Shown here: positions 42,347-50,558 of the stretch, one piece after another
Numbering within the stretch: the stretch's first letter is position 1
How the letters are laid out: each line of letters starts with the position of its first letter
Assembly (NCBI GenBank): GCA_031427275.1
Contig: JANPNB010000298.1
Span: forward strand, 1-51,843
Origin: Alphaproteobacteria bacterium
GTDB taxonomy: Bacteria > Pseudomonadota > Alphaproteobacteria > Caulobacterales > Caulobacteraceae
DNA length: 51,843 bases
Reading direction: 5' to 3'
The notes under the pieces: generated by a model
Told to the model about the DNA's origin: nothing
The model's database searches: none
Seen by the model: the letters and a program-made list of their open reading frames with translations, nothing else
Translations under genes and position numbers: made by a program

Positions 42347-43156
42347 ATGCGCCCGACAACCCTGATCGCCCTTACCGCGCTGCTTGGCTTGACCGCTTGC
42401 GATGCCTCGAAAATGAACGCACCCTTAGGCGCTAAGCCGGCCAGCGCAGGGGCCTGCCCCGCGACCCCGGCTCCGGCCTGCCCTCCGGCCCAAGGTGGCA
42501 CCCAGGTCGCAGCAAAGCCCATGACCATGGAGCCGGAAGGGACGGCTCCAACCGTTGGCACACCAAACACCGCTGTTCGCCAAGCCGCCTGGGCTAGCCC
42601 GCCGCAGCACCGTCATATCGTGCGACATGTTCGCAAAGTGGTCGCGCACAAATCTGCCCCGGCGCGCGTTCATCGCAACGTCTATGCTGGCGGATACACT
42701 GGCGAGCGTATGACATCAGATGCCTCGCAGGATTATGTCGAGCGTCGCACCTACGAGCGGCACTATGAAACCCCGCGCGTCTATGTCGCCCCTGAGGTCA
42801 TCTATGAGCATCAGGGCTACGCGGCGCGCGAAAGCCGTCCCATGCCGCCGCGCTATGAATATCAAGCGCCCGCACCGCCGCCATCTGCGCCCTATGTTGC
42901 ACCACGCCATGAGACCTATGTGGAGACCCGTCACTATGAGCAACCCGCCCCTCCGCCAAGGGTGATCGAGCGCCGCGTCTATCGCGAGGTTGCCCCGGTC
43001 TATCGCTATGAGAGCCGCGAGCAGGTCAATCCGCCGACCCTTCACCGCTACGCAGAACCGCCGCGTCGCCCCGTTGTCGACGACGACTGCCGCTGCGAAA
43101 CTCAGGCCGCAGGGCGAGATCGCCAAGGCTTTCTGACTTGGCCGGGTAAGCGCTAG
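42347..43156 (+). CDS. Hypothetical low-complexity lipoprotein (Pro/Tyr/Arg/Glu-rich)
   Basis: Lipobox LTAC, a Pro/Ala linker, recurring RYE/VY motifs and C-terminal CRC...AAGRDRQGFLTWPGKR. Confidence 0.7.
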   Translation: MRPTTLIALTALLGLTACDASKMNAPLGAKPASAGACPATPAPACPPAQGGTQVAAKPMTMEPEGTAPTVGTPNTAVRQAAWASPPQHRHIVRHVRKVVAHKSAPARVHRNVYAGGYTGERMTSDASQDYVERRTYERHYETPRVYVAPEVIYEHQGYAARESRPMPPRYEYQAPAPPPSAPYVAPRHETYVETRHYEQPAPPPRVIERRVYREVAPVYRYESREQVNPPTLHRYAEPPRRPVVDDDCRCETQAAGRDRQGFLTWPGKR

Positions 43157-43165
43157 GAATAGGCC

Positions 43166-44839
43166 CTAAGGTAACCACTCCAGCAGGCCCAGCTTGGCCA
43201 GCCACATCAGGCTCATCTGAACGGCACGGCGCCGGTCGGTGGGAAAGGTCAGCAACACGGCCTTCACCGTGGTTGCCTCGCCCGCCGCGATTCTGGCCAG
43301 GACCAGGCCCGCTTCCTCCAGGCTTCCGCGCCAGGCCGAAAAGGCGCTGTCGAGGTCGACGGCCATAATGCGCTCAAGGTCGCTGGCCGAGACACCAGGC
43401 CGCATGCGCAAGGGCGTTTCAACGTCGAGCACTTGCGTTGCAAACCCAGCAAAGTCAGCAAAAGGATCGCCGCGCAACGGGTTTAGCCTGTGGATCGGCG
43501 GTACGATGGGAGCGGCGGCGCGAAGGACTGCCAGCTCCCGGAAAAGCTCGCCAAACTGACTGATCACCACCGGCCAGTCGAAGGTCTCGCGAACCCGACT
43601 TCTCCCCGCGGCCCCCATACGCTTGCGTAAGTCTGGCGACCGCACCAACTCGGCCAAGGCTTCGGCCGCTCGCCCCACGTGGACGGCTGTATGTTGCGCC
43701 GCAGCACCAACATAGGCCTGATAGCTTTCCAACCCGGAACCATGCCTGGCCGCCATGATCTGGCCAATGGGACCCGCCGGCCCCCCGAGCGTCGGGATAA
43801 GAAACCCCTCGACCCGGTCGCGGACAGTAGATCGATAGCCGTCCCAGTCGCTGACCACCACCGGCATCCCGGCGGCCATGGCCTCGACAGGGGTGATGCC
43901 AAAGGTCTCTTGAATATTGTCGACCAGGGACAGGAAGATATCGCCCGCCGCCCAGAGATCGGCCACGACCTCTGGGTCATTGCCGTCTTGAAAATCGACT
44001 TGGATGCTGGGCGCATAGGCCCGCGCGGCCTGTTCATACCGGGCCCGGTCCGCGTCGCCATTGGGAAACCAGCCCGCCAGGGCAAAGTGCAAACGAACCC
44101 CGGTGGCTTGAGAGGCCTCCTCAACAGCGCGAAACATCGGTTGGGGGAAGGCTTTCTCAAAGAATGAGAGCCGCCCAACCCAGATGACCAGGACTTCGTC
44201 GCGCTCAATTCCCAAGTCGGCGCGAACCCTGGCCCGCGCCCCGCCGCGCTCTGCCTTGGCCCGAATGTCAGCAGCGTTCACGCCCAAGGGAATAATCGGT
44301 AGGCGCGGCATCGGTTTCGCCGTTCCCCCAAACCGTTCACCCAGATAGTCACCCCAGGTGCCCAGCATTTCTGCCATGGCGTCGCGGACGGACGGCGAAG
44401 TGCAAATCAATGCATCCCACTCTTGAACCGGTGCCGTCATAGAGCTGCCTATGACTTGTCGCATGGCTGGGGGCGCAATCGTGTGGATCAGCCCAACCAA
44501 ACTATAGCTGGCGTCCGTGGCCGTGCGCCGTCGGCTCCAGGCCAATTCACTCAGGTCAGGTTGCCCGCGCAATAACACACCCGCCGCCACCGGCGCCTCC
44601 AGCGACATAATACTGGACCCAACGATCTTGGCCGTGGCGCGCCCGTCCGGAAAAAACCCTTCGGACAGGGCTTGGTCCTCAATCGGCTGGTTCGACACCA
44701 GATCGATTTGCTCATGGCCACCATAGCGCGCCAAAGCCCGATAGAGCTCAAGATTGGCCACATCCTTGCCAAACGGATTCTGGCCAAGGCCCATGCGCCC
44801 CGGAGGATGATAGATCGCCAGCCGCGAACCCACAGTCAC
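43166..44839 (-). CDS. Glycosyltransferase family 4 (GT-B)
   Basis: WVGRLSF.EK and the E-X7-E motif ETFGITPVEAMAAG.PVVVSDW.GY, with an extra C-terminal extension. Confidence 0.88.
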   Translation of the reverse strand: MTVGSRLAIYHPPGRMGLGQNPFGKDVANLELYRALARYGGHEQIDLVSNQPIEDQALSEGFFPDGRATAKIVGSSIMSLEAPVAAGVLLRGQPDLSELAWSRRRTATDASYSLVGLIHTIAPPAMRQVIGSSMTAPVQEWDALICTSPSVRDAMAEMLGTWGDYLGERFGGTAKPMPRLPIIPLGVNAADIRAKAERGGARARVRADLGIERDEVLVIWVGRLSFFEKAFPQPMFRAVEEASQATGVRLHFALAGWFPNGDADRARYEQAARAYAPSIQVDFQDGNDPEVVADLWAAGDIFLSLVDNIQETFGITPVEAMAAGMPVVVSDWDGYRSTVRDRVEGFLIPTLGGPAGPIGQIMAARHGSGLESYQAYVGAAAQHTAVHVGRAAEALAELVRSPDLRKRMGAAGRSRVRETFDWPVVISQFGELFRELAVLRAAAPIVPPIHRLNPLRGDPFADFAGFATQVLDVETPLRMRPGVSASDLERIMAVDLDSAFSAWRGSLEEAGLVLARIAAGEATTVKAVLLTFPTDRRRAVQMSLMWLAKLGLLEWLP

Positions 44840-44910
44840 CTCGATCTGGGCCTGTCATGCCCTAAGTCTGTAACCTGTGGCGATTGGCGCAGAAGGGCAA
44901 CGGGGGAAGT

Positions 44911-44953
44911 TGGCGCACCCGACACGATTCGAACGTGTGACCTTTGCCTTCGG
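44911..44953 (-). pseudogene. 3' half of tRNA-Arg(CCG), interpreted as the att-site duplication of an integrated element
   Basis: The minus strand reads CCG-AA-GGCAA-AGGTC-ACACG-TTCGAAT-CGTGT-CGGGTGC-G-CCA: anticodon, T-arm, acceptor 3' strand and CCA. No D-arm or 5' acceptor strand lies upstream. Confidence 0.85.
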
Positions 44954-45056
44954 CGGCGGATCGGACGGCGGCGGCCATTGATGGGGCTATGCGCGGTGTG
45001 GCGGTCAGCGACAATCTTTTGCAGTTTGGGCGATAGCGCCCCACGGGCTGTCGTTG

Positions 45057-46148
45057 TCATGAGCCGGGCGGGCGCATCAGCAACGCCACCAGGGGTCGGT
45101 TGATGTAGTAATTGCTGCGCCCCTTCTGATGCTTTTCCACAAAGCCCGCCGCCGCCAGTTTCTCCAGATATTTCGCCGCCGTCTGCCGCGTAATCCCCAG
45201 ATCGGCCTGCAGAAACTCAATCCGCGTATAGGGATGGCGGAACAGATTGTTCAACAGGTCCTGCGAATAGCGCACCGACGGGTGCGCCCGCAGCCGCTGC
45301 TTATAGTCAGCCATCAGGCCGCGCATGCCCTCAACCAGCTCCAGTGTCTCCCGCGCCGTGGTCGAGACCGCACGCAACATGAACAACAGCCAGGGCTCCC
45401 ACCTGCCTTGGTCGCGAACTTCCTGTAGCAGGCTGTAATACTGCGCCTTGTGCATCGTGATGTAGCGGCTGAGATACAGCACCGGAATTTCAAGCAATCC
45501 GACGCGGGTCAGATAGAGCACATTGATAATCCGCCCGATCCGGCCGTTGCCATCGGTGAAGGGGTGGATGCTCTCGAACTGATGATGGATCACGGCCATC
45601 TTGATCAGCGGGTCGAGATCACTCGCTCCGTCATCATTGATGAACCGTTCCAGGGCGCTCATGGCCGCGACAATGGCGGCGGGCTCTTGGGGCGGCACAT
45701 AGACCGTCGCGTCCGTCGCCTCATTTTTCAAGGCCGTGCCCGGCGTCACACGAAACCCCGCATCCGTCCGCTTCAGCACCCGGAACATCTCGATAATGGC
45801 GTTTGAGGTCAGCAGGCCCTGGTTCTGCATCAGCGTGTCAAAGCCACGCTTCAGGGCGTCGCGATAATTGGCCACCTCTTTTGCCGCAGGTGAAACCAGC
45901 CCGTCGAACTGCATGTCGGCCTGAAAGAGTTCGTCCTGTGTGGTGACGATGTTTTCGATTTCGGAACTGGCCTTGGCTTCCTGCAGAGCCAGAGTGTCGA
46001 TCAAGATCGCCTGATTGGGCATACTGGCCGCACGACCTTTTAGCTCGGCCAAGTGCCGGTGGGCCTTAGCCAGTTCACGCAAAACCGCAGGCGTTTCGAG
46101 ATCGCCCGCTGGTGGGAGGCGTGGCAGGACATAGGTCGGTTTTAACAT
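45057..46148 (-). CDS. fic: Class II Fic-family adenylyltransferase (SoFic-like) with C-terminal winged HTH
   Basis: Canonical HPFTDGNGRIGR motif, N-terminal inhibitory motif SSEIEN and a C-terminal HTH (LGITRQTAAKYLEKL...GF......GR..YYIN). Confidence 0.92.
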   Translation of the reverse strand: MLKPTYVLPRLPPAGDLETPAVLRELAKAHRHLAELKGRAASMPNQAILIDTLALQEAKASSEIENIVTTQDELFQADMQFDGLVSPAAKEVANYRDALKRGFDTLMQNQGLLTSNAIIEMFRVLKRTDAGFRVTPGTALKNEATDATVYVPPQEPAAIVAAMSALERFINDDGASDLDPLIKMAVIHHQFESIHPFTDGNGRIGRIINVLYLTRVGLLEIPVLYLSRYITMHKAQYYSLLQEVRDQGRWEPWLLFMLRAVSTTARETLELVEGMRGLMADYKQRLRAHPSVRYSQDLLNNLFRHPYTRIEFLQADLGITRQTAAKYLEKLAAAGFVEKHQKGRSNYYINRPLVALLMRPPGS

Positions 46149-46208
46149 ATCCCGCCACTCATGTTCGAAATTCCCGCTTTTTTTAACACGACAGCGCGGA
46201 CGTGTTAA
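46142..46208. promoter_or_regulatory. Tandem inverted-repeat operator-like array at the fic start
   Basis: Two palindromes of the same geometry, AACAY-N12-RTGTT: TTAACAT-N12-ATGTT (46142-46165) and TTAACACG-N10-CGTGTTAA (46183-46208). Confidence 0.6.
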
Positions 46209-46245
46209 GCGTGGCGTTTGCCGTGGGAAGATGTGCGCTGGAAGC

Positions 46246-49200
46246 TCATCGCAAAGCATGGCCCCCGCCCTGCCGTTGCTGCATCAGGATGTGCGCGAAG
46301 ACAGCGTCGGCTTTCGCATCGACCTCGCCCATCTCGTAGCTGCCCGGCAAGCCTGAGCGGTCATCATACAGGTAATTGCGGATGGTCGTCCGGACTTGGT
46401 CGCGGGTCGCCTGCTTGGATGCGAAGTCCTGCATCGCGGCGATCTGTGCCTTCAGAATCCGGTAGAGGCCCTCAGCCACGGATTTCAGTCGCTTGATGTC
46501 ATCCTTGGTGAGTTCCGGCTTCAACAGCAGATCAAACAAGGCGAGCGTGTTCTCATCCAGGCCCTCTCGAGCCGCCCGCTGTTCCTCGGCGTCCATCTCC
46601 GCGACCAGGATCAGCAGCGCTGCGAAGGTCTTTTCGATGGTCGCGGCATCCTTCTCCGCATTATAGGCCTCGACCAGCTCTTCGTAGTGCTTCTGGAAGT
46701 TGGTCCGCAGCGGGTTTTGCCGCAACATCATCGCCAGCTTGTGCGCGATGGCGTCCTTAAGCGTTTGAACGGTGGTGTTCTTCTGGGGGCTGCGCTCGAA
46801 CTCCCGCTTCAGCTTGTCAAAATCGATGGCGCTGATGTCATAGAGGCGACCGTCAGAGGCGATACCGCCTGCGCGCGTCTCGATGCTATCGTCGACAGCA
46901 GCCTGCAAGGCCGCCATGATCTCCGAGATATCCGCCTTTTGGACGTCTTCCTGCAGGCTGTTATAGATTACCTTGATCGCCGCAAACCGCTGCCGCAGGG
47001 CGTTCACCGCGCGGAAATTCACGCAGGCTTTGAACTTGCTGAACACCTCGCGCGCCATAATCTGAAAAAGCTTGCGGGTCTCATCGTTCTCGTTGACCGC
47101 CTCCTTGGCATCGATGATCGCCCGATTGCGGTCAAAGCCGGTCTTCTCAAGTATGTCCAATAGCCGGAAATTGCGTTCACCCAGGAACCCCTGCGCCGTC
47201 TCAATCGCCTCTTCCAGATCGGCCAGCAATTCCTCAGGCGGTCGGACCGGGTCTGTCTCCAGGGGCGGTGTGTCACCCGCGCCGGTCGTCCCGGCATAGG
47301 TCGCCAACGCCGCGCGCAGGTTCTTCAATATCCCGCAATAATCGACGATCAGGCCGTTGTTCTTGCCCTCAAAGACCCGGTTGGCCCGCGCGATGGCCTG
47401 CATCAGAGTGTGCGCCTTGAGCGGCTTATCCAGATAGAGCGTCGCCAGGCTGGGCACGTCAAAACCGGTCAACCACATGGCGCAGACGATGGCGATGCGG
47501 AACGGGTGATCCTGCTTCTTAAAGGCGCTTTCGACGTCCAGCCGCTTTCCGTCGGCGGTTTCAAACCCGTTCTTGATCAGGGTCCGGTGCGGGGTGATGT
47601 CCATGCCCCACCTGCGGAACCGGTCCACCTCGCCCTGCTCTTCCGAGACGATCACGGCGGCTTGGGTGGCCCGCACCCATTCCAGTTGCCGCAGGCGGTC
47701 GGCCAAGTCCTGGTCGCCTGCCTTGGCCAGCTGCTTTTCCAGAAGCGCAATCCGCGCCGCCCAATGCTTGGCGATCAGCTCGTGCATGCGCACGCAGGTC
47801 AGCTTGTCGATGCAGACCAGCATGGCTTTGCCGGTTTCCCAGCCGGTCGTGTAGTGCTCCACAAAGTCGGCGGCGATCTTGTCCAACCGGCCCTGCGCCG
47901 TAATGATGTGATACTCGCGCCTCAGCTCTCTTTCGAGCCGCTCGGTAACGCCAGGATCATCCAGCTCCATGTCTTCAAGTGTCGCAGCGATGCGGTCATT
48001 AAGATCGGTGGTAGCCAGTCCCAGCTTCTCGCCGCGCGCATCGTAATAGAGCGGCACGGTCGCCTTATCCTCCACCGCCCGTTGGAAGTCATAGGTGGAG
48101 ACATAGTCACCAAAGGTCTGCTTGGTGGTTTCATCCCCGTTCATCAGCGGCGTGCCGGTGAACCCCAGAAAGCTGGCATGGGGCAGGGCATTGCGCATGT
48201 TCAGTGACAACAGACCGTTCTGGGTGCGGTGCGCCTCATCGGTAATGACGATAATGTCGTCACGGTCGGAATAGGCATCTTCCGGGCTGACGTCCTGGTT
48301 GAACCGGTGGATCAGGGTAAACACATAGGGCTTGTGCAGGCTGAGCAACGATCTCAGCTCCAGGCCGGATCCAGCCCGCACCTGATTCTGGTCATTATTC
48401 ACCAGCCCGCAACCGGCAAAGGTGCCGTAAATCTGGCTATCCAGATCGATCCGGTCAGTACAGATCAGGAAGGTGAAATTGGCCCCCAGCCTGCGGTGGA
48501 TCTTTTGGGTCAGGAAGGCGATGGAATAGCTCTTGCCCGAGCCCTGAGTGTGCCAAAACACGCCGAGCTTCCCGGCGCGCGCTCTGCGATCAGCCACGGC
48601 GGCAATCGCGCGGTTGACGCCCAAAAACTGGTGATTGCGCGCCACCACCTTGACCAGCCGCTCACCGCCATCGTCGAACAGGATGAAGTTTTCCAACAGG
48701 TCAATGAAATTGGCCTTGGTGCAAACCCCCTTCAGCAGGGTCTCCAGATCAACCACGCCGGCTGCGTCTTCCTCCAGCCGGGTCCAATCGTTGAAATGCT
48801 CAAACTTGCTCGACAGCGAGCCGATTTTCGCCGCGTGACCATTGGTCAGAATGATGAAGGCGTTGTGGTGGAACAGGTGGGCGATGGTGTCCTTATAGTC
48901 GGCCAGGTTCTGCTCATAGGCATGGCGGATATCCTTGTGGACCGCCTTGCACTCGACAAACAGCAGCGGCAGGCCGTTGACGAATCCGATAATGTCGGCC
49001 CTGCGGCGGTAAAGATCGCCCTTGATCCACAGCTCGCGCACACAGAGGAAATGGTTGTTTTCTGGTTGGTCGAAATCGATCAGCCGCAGCCGCTGTTTGA
49101 CCAGTTCGCCCTTGGCGTCGCGGAAGCTGGCCAACACCCCGTCTTTCACCAGGCCGTAGGCGTCGCGGTTGATGGAAAGCAGGCTAGTGCCAAGCGGCGC

Positions 49201-49440
49201 ATCGGTTATTTGGCGCAGGCCGTCGGCATAGGCGCCGTCAGGCAGACCGGGATTGAGCCGGATCAACGCCTCACCCAAATGCCGCGTCAGAATAACATCG
49301 GTTTCCGATACCCGGCCGAGACTGCCTTCCTTGCCGAGCGTTTCAGTGTTGAACCCAAACACACTCTCCCAGCCCAACGCCTGCGCCAAATAATCGGCCA
49401 TGGTCTGCTGGACCAAAGTGTCTTCGTTCAAGGCGCTCAT
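46246..49440 (-). CDS. hsdR: Type I restriction endonuclease subunit R
   Basis: Nuclease motif RADIIGFVNGLPLLFVECK, Walker A HTQGSGKS, DEAHR, FTGTP, MWLTGFD.P and QAIARANR. ATG at 49440 overlaps the hsdS stop. Confidence 0.95.
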   Translation of the reverse strand: MSALNEDTLVQQTMADYLAQALGWESVFGFNTETLGKEGSLGRVSETDVILTRHLGEALIRLNPGLPDGAYADGLRQITDAPLGTSLLSINRDAYGLVKDGVLASFRDAKGELVKQRLRLIDFDQPENNHFLCVRELWIKGDLYRRRADIIGFVNGLPLLFVECKAVHKDIRHAYEQNLADYKDTIAHLFHHNAFIILTNGHAAKIGSLSSKFEHFNDWTRLEEDAAGVVDLETLLKGVCTKANFIDLLENFILFDDGGERLVKVVARNHQFLGVNRAIAAVADRRARAGKLGVFWHTQGSGKSYSIAFLTQKIHRRLGANFTFLICTDRIDLDSQIYGTFAGCGLVNNDQNQVRAGSGLELRSLLSLHKPYVFTLIHRFNQDVSPEDAYSDRDDIIVITDEAHRTQNGLLSLNMRNALPHASFLGFTGTPLMNGDETTKQTFGDYVSTYDFQRAVEDKATVPLYYDARGEKLGLATTDLNDRIAATLEDMELDDPGVTERLERELRREYHIITAQGRLDKIAADFVEHYTTGWETGKAMLVCIDKLTCVRMHELIAKHWAARIALLEKQLAKAGDQDLADRLRQLEWVRATQAAVIVSEEQGEVDRFRRWGMDITPHRTLIKNGFETADGKRLDVESAFKKQDHPFRIAIVCAMWLTGFDVPSLATLYLDKPLKAHTLMQAIARANRVFEGKNNGLIVDYCGILKNLRAALATYAGTTGAGDTPPLETDPVRPPEELLADLEEAIETAQGFLGERNFRLLDILEKTGFDRNRAIIDAKEAVNENDETRKLFQIMAREVFSKFKACVNFRAVNALRQRFAAIKVIYNSLQEDVQKADISEIMAALQAAVDDSIETRAGGIASDGRLYDISAIDFDKLKREFERSPQKNTTVQTLKDAIAHKLAMMLRQNPLRTNFQKHYEELVEAYNAEKDAATIEKTFAALLILVAEMDAEEQRAAREGLDENTLALFDLLLKPELTKDDIKRLKSVAEGLYRILKAQIAAMQDFASKQATRDQVRTTIRNYLYDDRSGLPGSYEMGEVDAKADAVFAHILMQQRQGGGHALR

Positions 49441-50558
49441 ACGGCGAGGGACCCGCTCATCAGGCGCGGCAGGAGGAGGTCGCGGGCTTTGGCGAGTTGG
49501 GCGTTTTGAGACATCAAAGTGACGATCATTTCTGTCGTGCTTGCTGCCTGATTTTCGAACTCCCGAAGCAACACACTGCTTGGAATGTTGAAATTGATTG
49601 CAGCAATATCGTCCTTTGAGAGCTCCGTTTGGTTGGTTGCGCCTCGGCCGAGCGTCGCAATAAATTCCTCCTTCAGAATCAATGATAGCCCTAGCCACAC
49701 CGGAGCAACGCCCTCACCCGGTCGAACGATTGTAACATGGGAATCGACTGTTAAATTGTCGATCTCATGGAAGTTTTGGGCAACCCGACCAAGCGTGCCT
49801 GCGCCTGTCGAATTAACTAAGACGTCGAACCTCCGAACCAGCTTTTGCTCCGGCACAGCTTTGCTTTGCGGTCTGGCGGGTTCCAAATTGACTTTGAATT
49901 CTCGAATGCACTTCTGATTTATGATCCAGCCCGTCGCTTCGTCGTCATAGACTGGTGTGATACCTCGGGAGAGAAACGAGCAGAGCTCTCCGACCGTCTT
50001 GCGCTCCCACCCCTCCGGCACGCCGTCGATGACTTTGACGTGTTCGTGGCCGGGGAAGCGGAGACGGACGAACCATTCCTTGTAAAGCTGCCGCGCAGCA
50101 TCCTCCAACAAAGCAATCCGCCGCCGATTATTCTCGATCAAATCGTCATAGGCCGAAAGGATATCAGCGATGCGTTGTTGCTCGTCATAGCAATGATATC
50201 CCGCCTTAATCGACTTCAGGATGCTGTGGGTGATGAGCGGTTGGGCCGCCCCTCCGGCATAGCTTCTGAGGGGTTGGTTGGTCAGGTTAAAGTAGAGATA
50301 CTTGGCATCGAAACCGTCTAAGGCTTTTACAACAATCGTATTGTCCGATGCCCAGAATTTCCCCTCGCAGTATTCAACTGAGCCACAATATGCACCGACC
50401 CGCCCGAGGATCACCGCATTTTCATGATTGTAGGTCTTCGCCTCACCAATTTTACCATTTGACCCGAAGACTGGATATCCGACATCGACAAGCTCCGGTG
50501 GCTTTTTTCCGTTGTGAAAGCTTAGAACTTTAGCGAGCGGAAGTTCTGTCAGGATCAC
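49437..50558 (-). CDS. hsdS: Type I R-M specificity subunit S
   Basis: Two TRDs separated by the conserved EQQRIADILSAYDDLIENNRRRIALLE...WFV...FPG...PEGW, with C-terminal RDLLLPRLMSG. GTG start at 50558 after GAGGGG. Confidence 0.93.
   Translation of the reverse strand: MILTELPLAKVLSFHNGKKPPELVDVGYPVFGSNGKIGEAKTYNHENAVILGRVGAYCGSVEYCEGKFWASDNTIVVKALDGFDAKYLYFNLTNQPLRSYAGGAAQPLITHSILKSIKAGYHCYDEQQRIADILSAYDDLIENNRRRIALLEDAARQLYKEWFVRLRFPGHEHVKVIDGVPEGWERKTVGELCSFLSRGITPVYDDEATGWIINQKCIREFKVNLEPARPQSKAVPEQKLVRRFDVLVNSTGAGTLGRVAQNFHEIDNLTVDSHVTIVRPGEGVAPVWLGLSLILKEEFIATLGRGATNQTELSKDDIAAINFNIPSSVLLREFENQAASTTEMIVTLMSQNAQLAKARDLLLPRLMSGSLAV

Noticed and set aside
44911-44990. Intact tRNA gene
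   Set aside because: Only the 3' half folds. The D-arm and 5' acceptor strand are missing.
44836-45103. Short ORFs spanning the tRNA fragment
   Set aside because: They read through the att/tRNA remnant, with no RBS or motif support.
48229-49509. 426-aa plus-strand ORF (and 46396-47163, 47410-48207) antisense to hsdR
   Set aside because: These are shadow ORFs produced by GC-rich codon bias on the opposite strand of a clear gene. They have no motifs.
49441-49698. 86-aa N-terminal extension of HsdR in the ORF track
   Set aside because: It lies inside hsdS in another frame. ATG 49440 gives the typical overlap and N-terminus.
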